A stretch of 64,000 bases of DNA. Source: Patescibacteria group bacterium (GTDB lineage Bacteria > Patescibacteriota > Microgenomatia > Daviesbacterales > UBA10151). Shown in pieces: positions 43,580-52,162 of the stretch. Each line of letters opens with the position of its first letter. Positions within the stretch are counted from its first letter, which is position 1. The position numbers and the translations under genes were made by a program. The DNA is taken from positions 37,032 through 101,031 of the forward strand of contig CALRFD010000002.1 in NCBI GenBank assembly GCA_943356485.1, in the 5' to 3' direction. A model generated the notes under the pieces. The model saw only the letters and a program-made list of their open reading frames with translations. It searched no databases and was not told where the DNA came from.

Positions 43580-43688
43580 ACAAGATGTATCGCCTAATAT
43601 TTTGAGGTGATATATTTACATTGACACTTTTTAAGGCTATTTGTCAATCACGTTTATATAAACCGAACACGATCAACTACATTAAGTC

Positions 43689-45524
43689 TCAAAAACTACA
43701 TGCATCTTTAAATAAATCCTTTATGTCTGAAGCAAAGCTAGCCAGCCTGTCACAACTAAAGTTAGATAAAAAAGCTGTTCGATTTCCGGTTGCATCTGCC
43801 ATATCCAAAAGATCCTGGTTACTAAAAGATCCTAGTCTAGAAGAGGGAAGTGTGGCCAATCTGCTTTTAGGAAACAGGTTCAAAAGATCACCGTTGCTAA
43901 ACGAGATGATCGCTTCATTAGGCAACATATCGCGGAGATTAGAGGGCAAACCCAACAATACCTGATTACTGCAATTTGGCCAGGTCGAGATATCAACTGA
44001 GACATTACAACTGGGAGGAACTGGAGTAGGAGCGGGGGGCGCTGCAGTTGGCCCAGGGGTAACAACAGGAGGGGTCGAACCTGCATTTTGTTGAACAGTT
44101 ATATTTGTAGCACATTTATTGTCTACCGCCCCTCCTACATTCCCGTCCAACAAATCCCCATTAGCTGCATGTAAGGTTATGAATAATGCATGAGAACCAC
44201 CAACCATATCTGAGGGGATAACAAATGGAATACTGGCAGAAGGCGAAGTATTCTCCTTAACTTGAGTCCAGGATGAAACAGATGGAGCAGATTTACCTAT
44301 TTCGCTATTTGATGCCATCCAAACTTTTATCGACCCCGGAGTACCGGTGTAACTGATAGAAATTGAAGCACTATCACCAGGTCTTCCGTTATTTCCTGAA
44401 TACAAACTGACACTGCCGCATTTAACAGCCTGAGCAGTTGTATTTGTTGAACCAGCTCCGGCAGAAGACAATGGGGCAGCAGAAGCAACCGGTGCTGAAG
44501 CAACCAGATCTATTTGAGCAGGATATGGAATAGCTTGGATTTCATTACCTAAGTTATCTTTAAATAGCACAAATAAATATCTTGGACTGGGAGCAGCAGG
44601 CGCATCACTAAAATTAAAATCGCTAACAGTTACACCGCCCTGGGTATAATCCAGCCAGTCTGCTCTTTGCAAAGCTGTCGGGTTTTCTCCATATTTATAT
44701 TTAACAGTCACTCTTAGTGCTGCTGTTGGTGTTGGAGTAGGGGTAGGTGTTGGAGTAGGCGTAGAAGTTGGTGCTGCTGTTGGTGTTGGAGTAGGGGTAG
44801 GTGTTGGAGTAGGCGTAGGGGAAGCAGTCAGGGTTGATACTCTTAAAGGAGTTCCTGCAGGAGCAGAGGTTGGATTTGCACCAGCGCCATTTGATCCTCT
44901 TGGAAGTGTTGGTTGCGGGTCTAAATTTCTTATTGGAGTATTTGTAGACCCTCCTTGCCCTTCTAAAATAGGTGGCGGTTGAAAACTACCTGTAGCTTGT
45001 GGCGATACTTCATTTGAAACTACACATTTGGCTCCGCTATCAAACACTCCTTGACTGATAGCCTCACACTTTTGTCCGCTATCACATTTCTCGCTGGCTT
45101 CTACTAAATGATTGTTCCACCAGGGGAATATACAAAGATTTAAAGGCAAGTCACATATTTTACGATAAATCTTCTCCGGATCATCAGCAGGATTACAATA
45201 GTAATTTGCACCAGAACCAGCAGCATAGGCTGTTTTTACTATACTGAAATCTACTCCTTTATCTGAAACAGCAGTTGTATCCAAGGGTGAGACAAGCCGG
45301 AACGAAATCCCCTTAGTACAGCTTAAAACCTGCTTATTATCTTGTACCTTTACGCAGCTGCCATTTAAAAACTGTATATTAGTCGATGTTGCCTTTGGCT
45401 TAAAAATTTGGGTTTTACCAACCAGGAAAACTCCGGCGATAATACCTACCAGAAGAATTATAATCAAGGCCAGATGTGCAACACCTCTCTGGCTTTTAGA
45501 TTTAAAGAAGAACCTTGTTAACAT
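43689..45524 (-). CDS. Surface protein with pilin-like N-terminus, Pro/Thr linkers and C-terminal helical repeats
   Basis: SQRG|VAHLALII..QIFKPKA; PT repeats; repeated FSN.DLL. Confidence 0.78.
   Translation of the reverse strand: MLTRFFFKSKSQRGVAHLALIIILLVGIIAGVFLVGKTQIFKPKATSTNIQFLNGSCVKVQDNKQVLSCTKGISFRLVSPLDTTAVSDKGVDFSIVKTAYAAGSGANYYCNPADDPEKIYRKICDLPLNLCIFPWWNNHLVEASEKCDSGQKCEAISQGVFDSGAKCVVSNEVSPQATGSFQPPPILEGQGGSTNTPIRNLDPQPTLPRGSNGAGANPTSAPAGTPLRVSTLTASPTPTPTPTPTPTPTAAPTSTPTPTPTPTPTPTAALRVTVKYKYGENPTALQRADWLDYTQGGVTVSDFNFSDAPAAPSPRYLFVLFKDNLGNEIQAIPYPAQIDLVASAPVASAAPLSSAGAGSTNTTAQAVKCGSVSLYSGNNGRPGDSASISISYTGTPGSIKVWMASNSEIGKSAPSVSSWTQVKENTSPSASIPFVIPSDMVGGSHALFITLHAANGDLLDGNVGGAVDNKCATNITVQQNAGSTPPVVTPGPTAAPPAPTPVPPSCNVSVDISTWPNCSNQVLLGLPSNLRDMLPNEAIISFSNGDLLNLFPKSRLATLPSSRLGSFSNQDLLDMADATGNRTAFLSNFSCDRLASFASDIKDLFKDACSF
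44717..44818. repeat. 48-bp direct repeat (period 54) in a PT linker
   Basis: 44717-44764 = 44771-44818. Confidence 0.85.
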
Positions 45525-45526
45525 TA

Positions 45527-48046
45527 TTACTGACTAGCCCCATCAGCATCTGCCGGATTACAGGCTGTACATGAATAATTATAATCACTGGCATTAGCTC
45601 CACTTATACATAAACTGTTTCTGGAATATGAACATTTAAATTTAGTAGCTGTTCCTTTACAGAGTTGATCCCCGGTTTGCGCTGCATCATCAATACAGTT
45701 ATCGTAAGTAGTAATTCCACAGGTATTTTTGGTACCAGCCTCACCCGGCTTGGCACAAGGAACCCTATTTTGTGCAGCAGCTATGTTGTTTGGACAGGAT
45801 GAACAAAAATAGTTGTATGTCGTATCGTTTGCGCTGCTTCTGCAGGAATCGTTTTTAGAAAAGTAACATCTGAATTTTGCAGTAGCATCGCTACAAAAAC
45901 TCGCCATATCATTTGTGGCTCCATTTTGATCAATACATTTATCATATGTTTTTACACCACATATTGTTCTAAGCTCCTCCGGCGTAACTGTATCTGTTGG
46001 ACAAGCCGGGCGGGAAGCACCTGATTGAGGGGCGGCAGTCGGAATCGCAGAAGAAAGCACCAGTTCTATTTGAATAGGGTAGGGGTTGGCATTAGTTATA
46101 TTTCCCTGATTATCCTGAAATTGGGCATAAATAAATTTCGTTCCAGGCCTTGCATCATTAAATACATAAGGAGCTACTATGTCACGGTAGTATCGTTGAA
46201 ATGGAACCGCAACAACCGTTACGTTATCCAGCGGTCTTTCTGAGAATCTAAACCCTGTTGTAACTCTAGCACCTGCAGGGGGAGTAGGGGTAGGACTAGC
46301 TGCATTACCCGCAGGAGAAGCTGAAGCTGCTGGCGCAGCGGAGGAAGCAGGGAGTTGTCCTCCAGGTGTACCTGGTGTTGGTGTAGGAGTAGACGTTGTA
46401 CTATTTCTCATTAACATCAAACATCTTGGTCTGGAAAAATTAGAACCAAAACCATAACACCAGTTGGTTTTATTGATAGCTCCATCCGGATTTTGCGGAG
46501 TTCGCTCATACATACCAGGGTCACCGGCAATGCTTGGATCTGTACTTACCGGACAGTCAGAATTCGTGCTACAGACTAAAGTACAATTTGGCTGCCATCT
46601 GCCTCCCTCCGGCGTGTTTCCTCTTCCTGGAGCCGGGGCTCTAAAGCTTAAACAATCAGCCGGAGCGCTACCATCATCAGCAACTACTGCCGGTGCTCTG
46701 CCACCCTGAGTACCGCCAGGAGGAGTCGTTCCTCCGGAAGGGGCAGAGGGAGCAGGAGTTGCAATAGCTGCTCCAGGATTAGCCCCGCCAGTCTGCTGTC
46801 CTGTAGGATTACCACCACCTGTCGTAAGAGGTTGACCTGTTTGACAGTTATATTCATGCACACCTTTGGAACCATCATATGTGCAGACCTTGTTTCTCCA
46901 GCTGCCTAAATAACATCTGGACCCAGGCTCACTATACAAACAGTCACCACCCTCAGGTTTATTTGCATCTTCTGCAGGAGCAGCTGGGGCTGCTTTATTA
47001 ACAGTAAAGCTAAAAGTTTCGCTTGTGCCTCCTTGAAGAATAAACCTATCTTTATCTAATGCTGTAACCCACCATCGATACGTTTTCCCTTCATCAAAAT
47101 CAGATAAATTTAAAGCATAGTAATTTGAATCTCCAGTATTATGCAAAATATTATTTCCTCCAACTCCATTATTAATAACTAAGTTGTAACTACTGGCACT
47201 CCCTACCTTTGACCAGTAAAAATGGATTTTCCTATCAGCATCATTCTGGGCTACACCATTTGGGAAAAGTAAAATCGGAGTATTACTTCCCTGTGGTGAA
47301 GCCGGAACTGGAGTTGATACTGGTGCGGGAGTTGATGCCGGTATTGATGGACTCATCTGTCCCGGAACACCACAGAAGAATCTACTTCCATCACTTCTGC
47401 ATTCTTTTCCAGCAGGACATTGTATTGATGGATCTTGAAGCCAGGGTACACTTTTATATATATTGTCTTTCGTTCCTCGACCAATAAGGCTACCACCTAG
47501 CCAGGAACCAGGCGCTGCCGCCCCGCAATACCAGTCACTTCCATCTATCACTGGTCCTCCGTCTGAATCTGCACAAAAAGCTCCATTATGACGATTAGCT
47601 GCAAAAAGAGCTATCCTACAAGTATAGCCACTGTCACAGGTAACTGTTGGCGAACCTGTATCGGGATCATAAATCTTTGAAGGGTCAGCACCGCAATAAC
47701 CACCAGTTTGAAATCCTGTAGCATAAGCAGTTTTAACTATTTGAAACCCGGCGTCAGTAGTTTGACCTGCATCCAGCGGAGAAATAAATTTCAGATTAAC
47801 AACTCCACAGGTTAAGACTTTTCTGCCATCCCGACTAGACAAACACTGTCCTGACTCAAAAGAAACATTTTCAGCAGTAGCTTTTGGTTTAAAAATTTGA
47901 AAACCATTTTTTGAAACCAGGTAAACACTCGCAATAATTCCTACCAGTAATATAAATAGGGGAACAAGGTGCAATACACCCGCTTCGCCCAAGCGATAGC
48001 GAGGCAAGCCTTTTTGATTCAAGCTAACTTTTTTAATTAAGGGCAT
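45527..48046 (-). CDS. Large Cys-rich surface protein with pilin-like N-terminus
   Basis: Start chosen at MPLIKK; NQKG..VLHL..QIFKPKA; FN3-like segment; two C-terminal Cys repeats. Confidence 0.78.
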   Translation of the reverse strand: MPLIKKVSLNQKGLPRYRLGEAGVLHLVPLFILLVGIIASVYLVSKNGFQIFKPKATAENVSFESGQCLSSRDGRKVLTCGVVNLKFISPLDAGQTTDAGFQIVKTAYATGFQTGGYCGADPSKIYDPDTGSPTVTCDSGYTCRIALFAANRHNGAFCADSDGGPVIDGSDWYCGAAAPGSWLGGSLIGRGTKDNIYKSVPWLQDPSIQCPAGKECRSDGSRFFCGVPGQMSPSIPASTPAPVSTPVPASPQGSNTPILLFPNGVAQNDADRKIHFYWSKVGSASSYNLVINNGVGGNNILHNTGDSNYYALNLSDFDEGKTYRWWVTALDKDRFILQGGTSETFSFTVNKAAPAAPAEDANKPEGGDCLYSEPGSRCYLGSWRNKVCTYDGSKGVHEYNCQTGQPLTTGGGNPTGQQTGGANPGAAIATPAPSAPSGGTTPPGGTQGGRAPAVVADDGSAPADCLSFRAPAPGRGNTPEGGRWQPNCTLVCSTNSDCPVSTDPSIAGDPGMYERTPQNPDGAINKTNWCYGFGSNFSRPRCLMLMRNSTTSTPTPTPGTPGGQLPASSAAPAASASPAGNAASPTPTPPAGARVTTGFRFSERPLDNVTVVAVPFQRYYRDIVAPYVFNDARPGTKFIYAQFQDNQGNITNANPYPIQIELVLSSAIPTAAPQSGASRPACPTDTVTPEELRTICGVKTYDKCIDQNGATNDMASFCSDATAKFRCYFSKNDSCRSSANDTTYNYFCSSCPNNIAAAQNRVPCAKPGEAGTKNTCGITTYDNCIDDAAQTGDQLCKGTATKFKCSYSRNSLCISGANASDYNYSCTACNPADADGASQ

Positions 48047-48254
48047 GTGATTTAACTGAAACATAAAAGTAATCCGGTTGTCAAGTAAGAACGTGATTAT
48101 ATTGTGCGACAAGAGATTAGCAAGCCAGTACAAAAATACTCCTTAGAATCGCTGAATCAAAAGATTTAATGCAGGATCTAAAATAATATATTCAAACAAA
48201 AAAAACATAAATTATTTGTAACCGAAGAAAATAAAGACTTTTAATATATAAACG

Positions 48255-48429
48255 AACTGACTGTCTGAGTTTTATCTAGATAAATTATCTCTCCAGAATA
48301 ACGCTATCTACCATCTAAGCCTACTCAGGCACGAAGCCCTTAAACGCCCTAAAAACGGCTGATCAAGGGGATAGATGCCCAATTAGCTATCTTTAGTTTA
48401 GGGCTTTAGGATAACCCAAAGTCAAAGTT
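48255..48429 (+). ncRNA. Candidate structured non-coding RNA (family not recognised)
   Basis: Nested stems found by eye; G-U pairs favour the + strand; upstream TTGTAA-N18-TTTAAT. Confidence 0.35.
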
Positions 48430-48584
48430 GATATATTTACGGAAATAGGAAATTTTAATCAAAAAATATTGATAGGAAAGGTAAAGAAATACGCATTATT
48501 AAATAAACTATAAATATTTATAGTTACACCAATAATTTATGTATATTCAAGATATGCGGTCTCCTCCGGCAAAACCCATTTCTG

Positions 48585-48612
48585 ACGTCGCATAAGATAC
48601 ATTGTACGACAT
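48585..48612. other. dif-like Xer recombination site
   Basis: ACGTCGCATAA-GATACA-TTGTACGACAT: 11-6-11 near-palindrome resembling E. coli dif. Confidence 0.6.
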
Positions 48613-49074
48613 GATAATATAGGGAGGTTCTCTAGTAAAGAGTAATTGAGGCTATTTTAGACAAGAAATCAAGTAAATACAAGAAATAGATAAGTCGCTA
48701 CGCTCATAATATAGAGCCTAATTATGCGCACTTCTCCTTATATAGCTATGTTTCGGGTTTTTATACTAGCAATTACAGTCAGCAGGCGCCAGATTTAGCT
48801 TGATGAAGGAATCTAATCTGAGGGTATTAAGAGTAGCGGTGCTTGATGCTTTCAGCACAGAGTGGTATAGCTATTTCATAGCGGATAAAGAAGACAAGAG
48901 AACGAATAAGTCCCATAGTTTTCCACATTCATGCCTAACGACTATATCAAACTATATCATTTATTCTTTTCACGATTTTCTTTTTATTCTTTTCACAGCT
49001 ACCTATAGTATTCTAGTTGCCCCCTCTTCCCCACCTAACCCTTAAAAAATAATTTACCTTTAGATGTATCTAAT

Positions 49075-49857
49075 TTACCCTGTCCAGGAAGTTGTTAAAA
49101 ACCCGATTATCAAAACTAAGGTTCCAATAGTTAGATATTCCCATACTACTCTCCCGTTTACCCTGCTTTTTAGAACCTGCGTTGTTAAACCCAGTAAAAC
49201 ATACATTGAGGATGAAATAATTAGAGGCCAGATTGTATTTGGTATCGGCCAAAAGGAAAAGGCCAAAGCTAACTCCCCCAAAACAATGCTTATTATAAAA
49301 CTTTGTACAAAAATAGCTGCAGATACCTTATCCTCCATTTGTATTGACCAAAGAACCTGCAGGATAAGCGGATAGCTTATTAGAAAGACAGCTACCCCAT
49401 TCCAAAAAAATAGTAAATTAAAAGCATATATGACATTAAAGAGAAAAAAAGCTGACAGCAGGGTAAAAAGGAAACTTGCAGTTGAGGCTGCTCTGTACAA
49501 AGGAATGGTTCTTAGGCTGGCAACGTTAAAAACATTTTGCGCAAGCAGGAGTAAGTAAAACATCAGGCCAAAAACTGAAGCTATAGGTAAACGGGTCAGC
49601 CATCTGACTGGAAGTAGGAAATAAAAACTCGCCAGGGCAACAGTAAAAAAGGTTGGCAGAATCATCAAAACAACTGCTTTCGTCAAATTCAACCCCTCCC
49701 AAAGCGCCCATATAGATAAAATATATGTTGCAACAAATAAACCAGCTATAAATTTAAACCTTAAGTTAAAATCTACTAATTGAGTTGAGAGTAATCCTAT
49801 AGTTAATAATACTGCTGAGATAATAATCTTTTGTCTTTTATTTAAATTTAAATTCAT
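49075..49857 (-). CDS. Polytopic membrane protein
   Basis: ~8-9 hydrophobic helices; NVFNVASLRTIPLYRAA; overlaps the yebC stop. Confidence 0.8.
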   Translation of the reverse strand: MNLNLNKRQKIIISAVLLTIGLLSTQLVDFNLRFKFIAGLFVATYILSIWALWEGLNLTKAVVLMILPTFFTVALASFYFLLPVRWLTRLPIASVFGLMFYLLLLAQNVFNVASLRTIPLYRAASTASFLFTLLSAFFLFNVIYAFNLLFFWNGVAVFLISYPLILQVLWSIQMEDKVSAAIFVQSFIISIVLGELALAFSFWPIPNTIWPLIISSSMYVLLGLTTQVLKSRVNGRVVWEYLTIGTLVLIIGFLTTSWTG

Positions 49858-50633
49858 ACGGTTAGTAATTCGTCAGGTATATTAAAATTTGCGTAGACCT
49901 TTTGTACATCTTCCGATTCCTCTAACCTGGAGACGAAACCTAAAACTTTATCTGCATTTTCCTGAGTATCTACGTCAACCAAAATATTTGGTTTGTAGAT
50001 TAATTCCTGCTTCTCTATTTCAAATCCTGCCTGAGTAATTTTATTAGTGATAGTATTTAACTCCGCTACTTCTGTATATATTAAATATCTTTGCGTATCT
50101 TGAGCTTCAGTAAAATCCTGAGCAAGGTCAAAGGATTCAACATCCTTTGCCCCTAGATCTATAAACTCTAACATTTCTTGATCCAAACTCCCCCCTTTTC
50201 CTTTTACCTTAATTTGCCCACACCTCTCAAACATATAAGAAACAGCTCCAACTCCTGCCATTGATCCCCCACCTTTATCAAATATATTCTTGATCGCTGA
50301 AGTCGTCCTCATCTTATTATCTGTGACACCTTCAACTATTATGGCTATTTTCCCCGGTCCGAATCCTTCATAGAGCACTTCTTCCAAGGATTGCCCTTCG
50401 CCTTTCCCTAAACCCCGCTCAATTGCCCTCTGGATATTCTCTTTTGGCATGTTCACACTCCTTGCTTCATCTACCGCCATTCTCAACCTTGGATTTGAAT
50501 CCGGATCTCCTGAGAGTCCTAATTTAACTGCAATGGTTATAACATTAGCCAACTTAGTAAACGTCTGGCCTCTTTTAATATCTGTTACACCCTTAGCCCG
50601 CTTGATTGTTGACCATTTACTATGTCCTGACAT
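49854..50633 (-). CDS. yebC: YebC/PmpR family protein
   Basis: MSGHSKWSTIK, NPRLR, YEGFGP, TDNKMRT, DVQKVYAN. Confidence 0.95.
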   Translation of the reverse strand: MSGHSKWSTIKRAKGVTDIKRGQTFTKLANVITIAVKLGLSGDPDSNPRLRMAVDEARSVNMPKENIQRAIERGLGKGEGQSLEEVLYEGFGPGKIAIIVEGVTDNKMRTTSAIKNIFDKGGGSMAGVGAVSYMFERCGQIKVKGKGGSLDQEMLEFIDLGAKDVESFDLAQDFTEAQDTQRYLIYTEVAELNTITNKITQAGFEIEKQELIYKPNILVDVDTQENADKVLGFVSRLEESEDVQKVYANFNIPDELLTV

Positions 50634-50718
50634 AATTACGGTACAGTGTACAGGTTAGAGATAACAGTTTCAAGATCGTTAATTTATAAATTTTCTTTAC
50701 CAAATAAAATACTAAGCG

Positions 50719-50747
50719 TTGACAAAAAACAAAGCGTTCCTTATACT
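50719..50747 (+). promoter_or_regulatory. Near-consensus sigma70 promoter
   Basis: TTGACA-N17-TATACT, 10 nt before ATG 50758. Confidence 0.7.
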
Positions 50748-50757
50748 TTGACCCTTA

Positions 50758-51498
50758 ATGGATGATTTATCCCCAAACCTTCTTATTTTACACCAACAGG
50801 CAATTGATGCGGCTCTAAGTTCAAATTGGGAAGATGCTTTAAAAATAAATAAACAAATAATAAAAGTTGATCCTCAAAATGTAGATGCTCTAAACCGTCA
50901 GGCCAGAGCTTATATGGAGATAGGAAAAGGAAACTTGGCAAAAAAGTTCTACAGTGAGGTTTTAAAATACGATCCATATAACCCTATTGCTATTAAGAAT
51001 CTGAAGATAATAAAATCCTTTAAACCTAATGGTATACCTAATACCCACATACCTTCTCAAAATAGCTATTCAAGATTGTCTGCATCCTTATTTTTACAGG
51101 AACCTGGCAAAACTAAGATAGTAGCACTTCTTAAAGTTGCCGAGCCTCAAAAGCTATCCCAGGCTTTTTGCGGTATGCAGGTTATGATGGCAGTTAAAAA
51201 CAGAAAAATCACTATTGTTGATCTATCCGGCAATTATTTGGGCGTTTTACCTGATGATACCAGTCACCTTATATTAAGGCTGACAAACGGTGGAAATAAA
51301 TACGAGTTTTTTATAAAATCCATTAAGGTAAACGGCTTATCTATTTTGATTAAAGAGGTATACCGCAGTAAAAAGTTTAAAAACCAACCGTCGTTTTTGG
51401 ATAATTCTGATTCTATTATCACTTCTGAAATATTGCCTTCGCTTGATCAATCTGATGACAATGATGAAGATGGCTTAGAGGAAGAACCCGAGGTTTAA
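50758..51498 (+). CDS. TPR-containing protein with acidic tail
   Basis: DALNRQARAY..DPYNPIA TPR; FLQEPGKTK. Confidence 0.85.
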   Translation: MDDLSPNLLILHQQAIDAALSSNWEDALKINKQIIKVDPQNVDALNRQARAYMEIGKGNLAKKFYSEVLKYDPYNPIAIKNLKIIKSFKPNGIPNTHIPSQNSYSRLSASLFLQEPGKTKIVALLKVAEPQKLSQAFCGMQVMMAVKNRKITIVDLSGNYLGVLPDDTSHLILRLTNGGNKYEFFIKSIKVNGLSILIKEVYRSKKFKNQPSFLDNSDSIITSEILPSLDQSDDNDEDGLEEEPEV

Positions 51499-52161
51499 AA
51501 CTTCTTCGACTTTTAACTTCACTTCCCTACCATTTTCTTTTATCAGGCTTCTTGTTTTATAAAACTCAAATAACTGACTTTTAGAAAAAGGTTTCGGTAG
51601 TTTTGGCAATAAGTTTTCAAAGTTTTTTTGCGTGTTTTCTGTCAATTCCTTTAATCTATCTGCATCCTGTGAGAGAAGAATGAATCTTAACTGAGCTGGT
51701 ATCAAATGCAGATCCTTACCCTTCAACTTAAGAATTATTTGAAACCAAAATTGCTCGTTTTCCAGTAATTTAGGTAGCTTCTCTTTAAAATCCTGAACGT
51801 TTTTAATCGCAACCTCCCAAATGGCAATATTATTTATATCAACATCCGTATAATCCTCAAGCTCCAATAACCCCAAATCTTCTTTGTACGGAAGAAGTAT
51901 CTTTTTAGGGCCATATATTACCCAGGCTTTTTTATCACCTTTAAAAAGTCTTTCCAGGCTTATCAAAAGATCTCTCTCTGCTGCTTTTGCAAAAATAGCT
52001 GATAAAGCATTAACCTTTAAACCATTATCACTTCTGACTAAAAATAAAGCATATTCAAAATCAGGATTTGGCTTGGTATGGAAATCCTTCATCGAATAAA
52101 AGGCTAGGAGAAAAGAAGCTAGAACAACCAGAACAAACAGGATTATTAGTATAAAAATCAT
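51475..52161 (-). CDS. Membrane-anchored hypothetical protein
   Basis: 228-aa ORF with N-terminal TM. Confidence 0.7.
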   Translation of the reverse strand: MIFILIILFVLVVLASFLLAFYSMKDFHTKPNPDFEYALFLVRSDNGLKVNALSAIFAKAAERDLLISLERLFKGDKKAWVIYGPKKILLPYKEDLGLLELEDYTDVDINNIAIWEVAIKNVQDFKEKLPKLLENEQFWFQIILKLKGKDLHLIPAQLRFILLSQDADRLKELTENTQKNFENLLPKLPKPFSKSQLFEFYKTRSLIKENGREVKLKVEEVLNLGFFL

Positions 52162-52162
52162 A

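Noticed and set aside
44717-44818. CRISPR-like repeat
   Set aside because: Two copies only, in frame within a Pro/Thr linker; no spacers or cas genes
48147-48180. c-di-AMP (ydaO) riboswitch suggested by AATCGCTGAATC
   Set aside because: The downstream conserved blocks are absent and it points away from the adjacent gene
48370-48425. c-di-GMP-I riboswitch on the minus strand
   Set aside because: Only loose AAAGC/CTAA/ATAGC similarity; no GGCAAA motif or GNRA-capped stem
48702-48729. Second dif-like inverted repeat GCTCATAAT-N10-ATTATGCGC
   Set aside because: Spacing between CATAA and TTATG is 12 bp rather than 6; it may be another binding site but there is no support
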